DNA of 6,883 nucleotides from a virus (Duplodnaviria; Heunggongvirae; Uroviricota; Caudoviricetes): IMG/VR virus record IMGVR_UViG_2713896907_000005, positions 1 to 6,883 of that record; one strand, 5' to 3'. Shown piece by piece: positions 1 to 6,496 of this stretch (position 1 is its first letter; each line of letters starts with the position of its first letter). The notes under the pieces were generated by a model. It saw only the letters and a program-made list of their open reading frames with translations, ran no database searches and was not told where the DNA came from. The position numbers and the translations under genes were made by a program.

Positions 1-230
1 CACGGCCTGATATTGCTGTACGGTGGGTTATTCCAGATTGCACCGTGGCTTACCCACTCAGAATTGAGCGCGTCGTCGGCCTCTGTTAGCCAGTGAGCAC
101 ACAGAGCGTTTTTGTCGCTCGCCGCCGAATCCAGCCAGAATCCAAACTCAATATCCAGTGCATCAAAAAGCCAGAGCGGCGTTTGCCAGCAGTCCTTGTC
201 GTGTGCTGGCGTATTTGATTTGATAGTCAT
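1..230 (-). CDS. Phage DNA N6-adenine methyltransferase (Dam/D12-class), 5' portion only; gene continues beyond window start
   Basis: ATG at 230-228 overlaps the ninB stop (ATGA). The frame stays open for 76 codons to the window edge. Hand translation MTIKSNTPAHDKDCWQTPLWLFDALDIEFGFWLDSAASDKNALCAHWLTEADDALNSEWVSHGAIWNNPPYSNIRP contains the NPPY motif typical of N6-adenine methyltransferases. Not in the ORF track because it has no stop inside the window. Confidence 0.75.
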   Translation of the reverse strand, partial: MTIKSNTPAHDKDCWQTPLWLFDALDIEFGFWLDSAASDKNALCAHWLTEADDALNSEWVSHGAIWNNPPYSNIRP

Positions 231-673
231 GCAGCCTTCCCTTTTCGTTGTGACCATTCATACTCTCGCCGGGAGTCATCACTCCACCGCACGTTGCGCT
301 CTGAGCCGAACCAGAACATGATTTCGATAAGCTCAGTCATGCTGGCCTTTCGCATTTTGCTGGTACGCACACCAAGCATGACAACGCCACCGTCGATACC
401 AGGCGCACTTCTTTGCTCCATTTTTTTGGTCTTAAGCCACAGGGCAGTGAACAGATCTTTCCAGTCTTCCGGCGCAAGTCTCTCTCCATGCCAAAGCACC
501 TGACGTGATACGTCCTGCAATAACGCCCACATAAGGCGGTTTTGAGGATTACTCCGCCTGAGTTCTTTAATGTGGACTTCGTGAGGTGACTTGTCGTCGA
601 TGGGAAGTGAGAGTATTGCGTCTATGGCATTGTTTCTGATTGCTTCGTTGCGAAGCATATATATTTGCTTCAT
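227..673 (-). CDS. ninB: NinB-like recombination protein (lambda Orf/NinB family)
   Basis: 148-aa ORF; the region ...NPQNRLMWALLQDVSRQVLWHGERL... matches my recollection of lambda NinB (...DQNRKLWACLGDVSRQVEWHGRWL...). GAGGT Shine-Dalgarno upstream; position downstream of ren in the nin region. Confidence 0.85.
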   Translation of the reverse strand: MKQIYMLRNEAIRNNAIDAILSLPIDDKSPHEVHIKELRRSNPQNRLMWALLQDVSRQVLWHGERLAPEDWKDLFTALWLKTKKMEQRSAPGIDGGVVMLGVRTSKMRKASMTELIEIMFWFGSERNVRWSDDSRREYEWSQRKGKAA

Positions 674-695
674 CGTTACCTCGACTTAATTCTGC

Positions 696-1022
696 TCATT
701 GATACCCTCTCTCACTTAATCGCGCCAACGCTTCGTTAAACTCTTCTCGGGTTGCGCCGGATTTTCTTTCTTCAAACATCAGGCATTCGCTGATGTCTCC
801 CCATGACTTTGGTCGCTTGTCAGCGAACAGGTCATCCCATTCGAATACCCAGCGGCCTGATTTTCGGTAGTGGTAAATGGTCAGCCATGTTGTGCTGTTC
901 GCCGGATACCCATAGAGAACTTCGACTTTTTGATCACGGTCTTTATGCTTTTTCAGCAGGATAAAGCCAGCAACCAGCGAAGCTCCGGCAAGAATGATGA
1001 TTGGTATTTGCCAGTCAGCCAC
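696..1022 (-). CDS. Hypothetical small protein with N-terminal hydrophobic (transmembrane-like) segment
   Basis: 108-aa ORF starting with GTG (rc of 1020-1022), preceded by GGAG-type SD. N-terminus IPIIILAGASLVAGFILL is strongly hydrophobic, followed by KKHKDRD. Not a lambda gene I recognise at this position. Confidence 0.55.
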   Translation of the reverse strand: MADWQIPIIILAGASLVAGFILLKKHKDRDQKVEVLYGYPANSTTWLTIYHYRKSGRWVFEWDDLFADKRPKSWGDISECLMFEERKSGATREEFNEALARLSERGYQ

Positions 1023-1037
1023 GATTTACTCTCCCCC

Positions 1038-1069
1038 AAATAAAAAGGCCTGCGATTACCAGCAGGCCT
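1038..1069 (-). terminator. Intrinsic terminator downstream of ren (tR2-like)
   Basis: 8-bp inverted repeat aggcctgc (1046-1053) / gcaggcct (1062-1069). On the minus strand it is followed by a T-rich run (rc of 1038-1045). Lies between ren and the nin region, as tR2 does in lambda. Confidence 0.6.
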
Positions 1070-1094
1070 GTTATTAGCTCAGTGATGTAGATGG

Positions 1095-1385
1095 TCATCT
1101 TTTAACTCCATATACCGCCAATACCCGTTTCATCGCGGCACTCTGGCGACACTCCTTAAAAATCAGGTTCGTGCTCACCTTTCCTTCCCGTTCTTCTCTG
1201 GTAGCGAACCGGTAATACACCGTTCGCCAGACCTTACCTTCGATAACCAGAAGACCTGCCCGTGCCATTTTAGCCGCGGCCTTATTTATGCTGGTTACTG
1301 TTGCGCCTGTTAGCGCGGAAACGTCCTGTGCACAGAAGCTCTTATGCGTTCCGAGGTAATGAATAATTGCCTCTTTGCCCGTCAT
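1095..1385 (-). CDS. ren: Ren protein
   Basis: 96-aa ORF MTGKEAIIHYLGTH...KRVLAVYGVKR matches my recollection of lambda Ren nearly residue for residue. ATGA overlap with the P stop. Confidence 0.9.
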   Translation of the reverse strand: MTGKEAIIHYLGTHKSFCAQDVSALTGATVTSINKAAAKMARAGLLVIEGKVWRTVYYRFATREEREGKVSTNLIFKECRQSAAMKRVLAVYGVKR

Positions 1386-2083
1386 ACACTTGCTCCTTTC
1401 AGTCCGAACTTAGCTTTAATTTCTGCGATCTTCGCCAGAGTCTGTGCTCGATTTAGAGGTCTGCCGCCCATGACAGGAAGTTGTTTTACTGGTTCAGGTA
1501 TAGTCTCACCACGGTTAATTCGCGCGGTCATACAGGTCAGTTCATCGGCAGCCTTGCGCCGTAATTCCGCGTCAGTCAACGCATTGGCCCGCATGTTCTG
1601 GTACAGGTTGGTGACCAGCCAGTAGTGTGCGTTTGATTTCCACGGATAAGACTCTGCATCCGGATACAGGCCACGGTTCCGGCAATACTCGTAAACCATA
1701 TCAACCAGCTCGCTGACGTTTGGCAGTCCGGCGATAACGGATGCTTCTTCCCGGCACCATGCAACAAACTGCCCGGGAGATGGAAGAAATGGTCGATTCT
1801 GCCGACGGGCTACGCGCATTCCTGCGTTAACCTGTTCCATTGTGGTGATCCCGTTTTCCCGGAAAGCCAGAACCCACTGGCGGCGGATTTCGTTCAGTTC
1901 GTTCTGGTCACGGTTAGCCAGGCTCGCCGGGAAAGTTGCCAGTAACTGGCTGAACACACCGTTGATGATCTGCGCTACCTGCTGTACCTGCGGCTTTTCG
2001 TCGTACTGTTCCGGCATGTTGTTGGCGATCCGACGCATCTGCTCACGGTCAAAGTTAACCATCTGTGCGGCGATGTTTTTCAT
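1382..2083 (-). CDS. P: Replication protein P (DnaB helicase loader)
   Basis: 233-aa ORF MKNIAAQMVNFDREQMRRIANNMPEQYDEK... matches lambda P in sequence and length. Start overlaps the O stop. Confidence 0.95.
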   Translation of the reverse strand: MKNIAAQMVNFDREQMRRIANNMPEQYDEKPQVQQVAQIINGVFSQLLATFPASLANRDQNELNEIRRQWVLAFRENGITTMEQVNAGMRVARRQNRPFLPSPGQFVAWCREEASVIAGLPNVSELVDMVYEYCRNRGLYPDAESYPWKSNAHYWLVTNLYQNMRANALTDAELRRKAADELTCMTARINRGETIPEPVKQLPVMGGRPLNRAQTLAKIAEIKAKFGLKGASV

Positions 2084-2979
2084 AAATCCACCCCGTAAAT
2101 CCAGTCAGTGTTTGTCAGGTCGAGTTTTGGTTTTCCGGCTGTCACGCCAGCCTGTTGCTTGTTACGGTTGATTTCGAGTTGAGTCCACTTGTCGCGGAGT
2201 TTAGCCGGACTCAGCACGTTACCGGACCAGAAGTTGTCCTGGCATGCCCAGCGGAACAGTACACACATGTCGCGATGGTTGCGTCCGTCACGTTCACGCA
2301 TCAGGCGGATATCGTTAGCCCACCCAGCAAAATTCGGTTTTCTGGCTGATGGTGCGATAGTCTTCACCATGTCAAACATCCACTCTGCGGCGGTCAGGTC
2401 TTCTGCTGTCCCCCACTTGCTGCCGCGCTGAATTGCAGCATCTGGTTTCTCCACAGGAAGATCGTTTTCTGGTTGGTTAGAGGATTCGCCAGAATTCTCT
2501 GACGAATAATCTTTTCTTTTTTCTTTTGTAATAGTGTCTTTTGTGTTCCCCTGTTTTGAGGGATAGCAATCCCCCAATTTGAGGGATGTTTTATCCCTCG
2601 TTTTAGGGGATTTTCCCTCGTTTTGAGGGATACACCATTCTGAGATGTTTTTATTTGGTCCAAACATGCCGCCTTGCTGCTTGATAATATTCATTCTGAC
2701 GAGTTCTAACTTGGCTTCATTGCACCGTTTGACAGGTAACTTTGTAATCTCGCTAAGTTGAGAATCGGTGATTCTGTCCATTGGTTTATTCCACCCATAG
2801 GTTTTACGCAGAATGGCAAGCAGCACTTTAAACTGTCGCTTGGTCAGATCTGCGCCCGAATAAGCCTCAAGCAGCATATTTGATAGTCTGGCGTAACCAT
2901 CATCGAGATCTGCCACATTACGCTCCTGTCCGGCAAAGTTACCTCTGCCGAAGTTGAGTATTTTTGCTGTATTTGTCAT
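2080..2979 (-). CDS. O: Replication initiator protein O
   Basis: 299-aa ORF MTNTAKILNFGRGNFAGQERNVADLDDGYARLSNMLLEAYSGADLTKRQFKVLLAILRKTYGWNKPMDRITDSQLSEITKLPVKRCNEAKLELVRMNIIKQQGG... matches lambda O. Contains the ori iterons internally. Confidence 0.95.
   Translation of the reverse strand: MTNTAKILNFGRGNFAGQERNVADLDDGYARLSNMLLEAYSGADLTKRQFKVLLAILRKTYGWNKPMDRITDSQLSEITKLPVKRCNEAKLELVRMNIIKQQGGMFGPNKNISEWCIPQNEGKSPKTRDKTSLKLGDCYPSKQGNTKDTITKEKRKDYSSENSGESSNQPENDLPVEKPDAAIQRGSKWGTAEDLTAAEWMFDMVKTIAPSARKPNFAGWANDIRLMRERDGRNHRDMCVLFRWACQDNFWSGNVLSPAKLRDKWTQLEINRNKQQAGVTAGKPKLDLTNTDWIYGVDL
2505..2631. repeat. ori-lambda-type replication origin inside O: AT-rich tract plus four ~19-bp O-binding iterons
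   Basis: Four direct repeats, each an internal palindrome of the tccctc-N-gaggga type, at about 2546-2564, 2569-2587, 2593-2611 and 2613-2631. Adjacent AT-rich tract tttcttttttcttttgtaatagtgtcttttgtg at 2505-2545. Confidence 0.9.
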
Positions 2980-2982
2980 AAT
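2954..2982 (+). promoter_or_regulatory. Candidate pO promoter for the oop antisense RNA
   Basis: -35 ttgagt (2954-2959), 17-bp spacer, -10 cataat (2977-2982), overlapping the O start codon as in lambda. Confidence 0.5.
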
Positions 2983-2989
2983 GACTCCT

Positions 2990-3067
2990 GTGGATTGATC
3001 CAGTAATGACCTCAGAATTGCATATCAATTTGCTTAGAGTCCCCGGCGGCCACCGGGGATTTTTTCT
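2990..3067 (+). ncRNA. oop: oop-like antisense RNA, antisense to the cII 3' end
   Basis: About 78 nt between the pO-like promoter and the intrinsic terminator at 3040-3068. The stretch gatccagtaatgacctcagaa matches the lambda oop RNA 5' region as I recall it. Ends are approximate. Confidence 0.6.
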
Positions 3068-3308
3068 TTGTGATTCCATCAAGCGCATACTTAAAAGCCC
3101 TGCTAATCGGACTGATGTCTGATGCCATTCCGAAAGCACACAAGACAGAAGCAATAAATCTCCAGTCCGTTCTGCTTATCTTCGATTCATGACAGCCAAT
3201 CATCTTTGCCAGACCTCGCTGGGTAATCGCTGACAGGTTGATGAGTAAATCTGTTTCTGCGCGATCAACGTCGCGCTGTGATAGTTTGCTGTAACTTGTT
3301 CTTTCCAT
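3012..3308 (-). CDS. cII: cII-family transcriptional activator (diverged from lambda cII)
   Basis: 98-aa ORF between nutR and O. HTH-region similarity ESKISRTDW vs lambda KSQISRWKRDW; C-terminal tail KKKSPVAAGDSKQIDMQF vs lambda KKRPAATERSEQIQMEF. The 3' end overlaps oop as in lambda. Confidence 0.7.
   Translation of the reverse strand: MERTSYSKLSQRDVDRAETDLLINLSAITQRGLAKMIGCHESKISRTDWRFIASVLCAFGMASDISPISRAFKYALDGITKKKSPVAAGDSKQIDMQF
3040..3068 (+). terminator. Intrinsic terminator (oop terminator, to-like)
   Basis: 7-bp stem tccccgg (3040-3046) / ccgggga (3053-3059) with a 6-nt loop, followed by attttttcttt. Confidence 0.75.
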
Positions 3309-3317
3309 TTCTTAAGA
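3286..3317 (+). promoter_or_regulatory. Candidate pRE-like, cII-dependent promoter
   Basis: Direct repeat ttgc-N6-ttgt (3286-3299) resembling the TTGC-N6-TTGC cII box, with a -10-like taagat (3312-3317) downstream. Located at the cII start and reading antisense through cro towards cI, as lambda pRE does. Confidence 0.35.
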
Positions 3318-3393
3318 TTTCCAATAGTGAATAGTTAGTTGACTGGTATGCGTGGAAACGCATATGGCCTGAGTTGGTCAGATATCTTGGGGC

Positions 3394-3439
3394 TCGCTTT
3401 TCAGCGACGTAGGACGAATGTCCGTTGTTACAAAGAGCG
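3394..3439 (-). promoter_or_regulatory. nutR (boxA plus boxB) N-utilisation site
   Basis: On the minus strand: boxA cgctcttt (rc of 3432-3439), a ~24-nt spacer containing a small hairpin, then boxB tcgcTGAAAAgcga (rc of 3394-3407; 5-bp stem with GAAA loop). Same architecture as the nutL candidate. Confidence 0.55.
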
Positions 3440-3446
3440 GGGTTAC

Positions 3447-3656
<210 letters not shown>

Positions 3657-3671
3657 TTAGTACATACAGTC

Positions 3672-3700
3672 ATTATCACCGCCAGAGGTAAAAGAGTCAA
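3672..3700 (-). promoter_or_regulatory. pR promoter
   Basis: On the minus strand: -35 TTGACT (rc of 3695-3700), 17-bp spacer, -10 GATAAT (rc of 3672-3677), upstream of cro. Confidence 0.85.
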
Positions 3701-3737
3701 CATCCGCGGTGTTAGATATTTATCCCCTGCGGTGATA
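3674..3737. promoter_or_regulatory. Right operator OR1-OR2-OR3 (cI/Cro binding sites)
   Basis: Three 17-bp sites: OR1 tatcaccgccagaggta (3674-3690), OR2 caacatccgcggtgtta (3698-3714), OR3 tatcccctgcggtgata (3721-3737). OR1 is identical to lambda OR1 as I recall it; OR2 and OR3 differ at a few positions. Confidence 0.9.
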
Positions 3738-3741
3738 GATT
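3713..3741 (+). promoter_or_regulatory. pRM promoter
   Basis: -35 tagata (3713-3718), 17-bp spacer, -10 tagatt (3736-3741). The cI ATG at 3748 follows within a few nt, consistent with a leaderless cI transcript as in lambda. Confidence 0.8.
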
Positions 3742-3744
3742 TAA

Positions 3745-4461
<717 letters not shown>

Positions 4462-4547
4462 CACGAAATAAACGTCCGACAAGCACAGCAGCCAATACCT
4501 AAAAACAATATTTTGCCGAATATTCAGTTCGTTATAAAGGTTAAGCA

Positions 4548-5126
4548 TTGAGTATACCAACTGTCTCTCTATGGAATGAGATGGGGTTAATCCCCCCAAT
4601 AGACGAGGCTGATCCTACAAGCCATACTCGTTCCCCATACAAAATGGATATAGTACGCTTTGTTAGTACTTTTTCGCTTAGCCCTGCAAGGATTAAAATC
4701 CTTAAGGGTTTTCTTAACTTTCGTGTTTCACTCACTCAAGCAGGGCTAGTTGAAGGTTTTCAGTGGGTAGATGGAAGCTTCACAGAACATATTGAACTTA
4801 TTGAAAAAAGGCCACCGAATGATGTCGATGTTGTGACCTTTTTTCAATTCAGTAATGGCGATAATGATGCAATCGTAATCGGTAGAAAGCCAGAGCTATT
4901 TGATCATGATTTTGTTAAGAAGGAGTTTTTCGTAGATTCCTACTTCCAAGAACTTAATCTACCAAGTCATGAGCTTGTTGAAATGACTGTATATTGGTAC
5001 AGTATGTGGGCACATAGACGCGATCTGTCGTGGAAGGGATTTATCCAAATCCCGTTAAACCCACAACTTGATGTTGTGGCAATGACTATACTTAATTCGG
5101 CTACTACTGAGGGGGTCAAACAATGA
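4548..5126 (+). CDS. Hypothetical protein A, first gene of an uncharacterised two-gene module at the rexA position; weak nucleotidyltransferase-like motif
   Basis: 192-aa ORF. Start assigned to TTG at 4548 with aagg SD (4537-4540); the in-frame ATG at 4581 is an alternative. Stop overlaps the gene B start (ATGA at 5123-5126). AT-rich relative to flanking genes. Contains GS-x14-DVDVV, reminiscent of the GS...DxD nucleotidyltransferase signature; this is weak. Confidence 0.7.
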   Translation: MSIPTVSLWNEMGLIPPIDEADPTSHTRSPYKMDIVRFVSTFSLSPARIKILKGFLNFRVSLTQAGLVEGFQWVDGSFTEHIELIEKRPPNDVDVVTFFQFSNGDNDAIVIGRKPELFDHDFVKKEFFVDSYFQELNLPSHELVEMTVYWYSMWAHRRDLSWKGFIQIPLNPQLDVVAMTILNSATTEGVKQ

Positions 5127-6052
5127 ATCGTAATGATTATGTTTTCGCTCTCAGTGAGCGCGAGCAAATAAGTAATCTATTAAAAAATATGCCAACAAGT
5201 CATTCTATTAGCCGAAAAAGCTTAGAAGACCGTCTGGAGAAAGTTGAGCGATTAATTTCACAAGCTGACGTTCGAGAACATGAACCTACGCATGCTGTGT
5301 TAACTTTTAGAGGCCCAACAGTAGTTGGCACGCATGGCATTTCAGCAGTATTTGGAACAAAAGCTATATCTTGTTTTAATGATGCAATAGCTTACTTGGC
5401 AACCTCTTTCAATGGCCCACTTCCTGCATCAGGCAAGATACCAAACATAGAAAATAATCATCTCATGATTACCGCGTCAGCCCGTGGTTCTTTCGGATTC
5501 GTACTTGAAGAGTTTAGACCTGATGCTCCTCTTGAATTCGATGAAGAAACCCCAGTAGCAAAAGCTATTAATAAGGCCAGAAAAATATTTCAGGCAAGCT
5601 TGGATAATGATGATGAAGAATTGTCTGATGCTATAGAAAACTTAGACTCTCGGGCCTTAGATAAAATCAGAGCATTCATTCATTATCTGCATGAAAATAA
5701 AACAGTTTTTACACTTAAAAGCCAAGGTTTTAGCATCGTTTTTAGAGAGCCAAAACAGCTTGAAGCTGTATATCAACATCTCAGCAATGATAACATTCAG
5801 CAGGAAAAAATTATTGAGAACGTTATATTTTTGGGAACTCTTCCTAACAAGCGCCAATGTGAATTTATAGTTTTAGGTAACACTGATATCAGAACCGCTA
5901 GCATTGACAAAGCTGTAGATGACCCAGATATTATAAACAAGCACTTAGGAAGCGTTGCAACAGCCACGTTCCTGAAAAAAACTGTTGGTAAGGGCAAGCC
6001 CAGATACACTCTGGTTTCTCGACCTCAATGGGATATTAAATCAATCGATTAG
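5123..6052 (+). CDS. Hypothetical protein B, second gene of the uncharacterised two-gene module at the rexB position
   Basis: 309-aa ORF, ATG at 5123 overlapping the gene A stop. AT-rich codon usage. No similarity I can recognise and no obvious transmembrane segment. Followed 15 nt later by an intrinsic terminator. Confidence 0.75.
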   Translation: MNRNDYVFALSEREQISNLLKNMPTSHSISRKSLEDRLEKVERLISQADVREHEPTHAVLTFRGPTVVGTHGISAVFGTKAISCFNDAIAYLATSFNGPLPASGKIPNIENNHLMITASARGSFGFVLEEFRPDAPLEFDEETPVAKAINKARKIFQASLDNDDEELSDAIENLDSRALDKIRAFIHYLHENKTVFTLKSQGFSIVFREPKQLEAVYQHLSNDNIQQEKIIENVIFLGTLPNKRQCEFIVLGNTDIRTASIDKAVDDPDIINKHLGSVATATFLKKTVGKGKPRYTLVSRPQWDIKSID

Positions 6053-6066
6053 AATGAGCCCCTTCA

Positions 6067-6094
6067 GCCCGGCCTCCGCGCCGGGTTTTCTTTT
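6067..6094 (+). terminator. Intrinsic terminator ending the cI operon (tImm-like)
   Basis: GC-rich stem cccggc (6068-6073) / gccggg (6080-6085) followed by ttttctttt (6086-6094). Confidence 0.75.
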
Positions 6095-6244
6095 ACCATC
6101 AGTCCGTCAAAAACACACCTAACGAATTGTATTTATTGAATAAATATAAATCACACTTATCACATTGCGCAATTCAGCTCCTACACATCCAGACTAGCTC
6201 TGCAAAACTTTAAAAAAATAAATCAATAGTAAAAACATGCACAT

Positions 6245-6305
6245 AACCATTTGCGGTAATATTTTATCTCTAGCGGTGTTGACGAAAATACCTCCGGCGG
6301 TGATA
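6245..6305. promoter_or_regulatory. Left operator OL3-OL2-OL1
   Basis: OL3 aaccatttgcggtaata (6245-6261), OL2 tatctctagcggtgttg (6265-6281), OL1 tacctccggcggtgata (6289-6305). All close to the lambda OL sites as I recall them. Confidence 0.8.
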
Positions 6306-6307
6306 CT
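6279..6307 (+). promoter_or_regulatory. pL promoter
   Basis: -35 ttgacg (6279-6284), 17-bp spacer, -10 gatact (6302-6307). The surrounding sequence ggcggtgttgac...ggcggtgatact...cacatcagcaggacgc parallels lambda pL. Confidence 0.85.
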
Positions 6308-6353
6308 AAACACATCAGCAGGACGCTGGAAGCTAAATGGAACAGACTGGCAG

Positions 6354-6398
6354 GCTCTTTAAACAACGTCGACTCTCGACTACGTGGCTGAAAAGCCA
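6354..6398 (+). promoter_or_regulatory. nutL (boxA plus boxB) N-utilisation site
   Basis: boxA gctcttta (6354-6361), a 23-nt spacer containing the small hairpin gtcga-ctc-tcgac, then boxB tggcTGAAAAgcca (6385-6398; 5-bp stem with GAAA loop). Flanks ACAACG and CTACG are shared with nutR. Confidence 0.55.
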
Positions 6399-6496
6399 GA
6401 TCACCCAACCACATAAGCAGTGGGATGCAATGCCGAAGCAACCGTCTCAGGAGGAGCTTCGAGATTGCATCGCCAAAGTTTATTCGGGAGGAATCT

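Noticed and set aside
112-503. Plus-strand ORFs 112-321 and 294-503
   Set aside because: Antisense to the methyltransferase fragment and ninB, which have clear coding evidence on the minus strand.
1344-2431. Plus-strand ORFs (1344-1625, 1842-2171, 2155-2349, 2189-2431) and minus-strand 1576-1767
   Set aside because: Antisense or alternative frames inside the lambda-like P and O genes, with no independent support.
2546-2631. Short direct repeats that might be taken for a CRISPR array
   Set aside because: They are four adjacent ~19-bp iterons with internal dyad symmetry lying inside the O gene next to an AT-rich tract, which is the ori-lambda architecture. There are no unique spacers and no cas genes.
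5984-6008. GKGKPRYT near the C-terminus of protein B as a possible Walker A / P-loop
   Set aside because: It does not fit GxxxxGK[ST] in a plausible N-terminal beta-strand/helix context, and no Walker B was seen. Considered coincidental.
6425-6496. ORF-track start of the N-like gene at 6425 (114 aa)
   Set aside because: This in-frame upstream extension begins inside the nutL/leader region and has no SD. The ATG at 6497 has a strong gggagga SD and gives an N protein of typical length beginning just before the arginine-rich motif.
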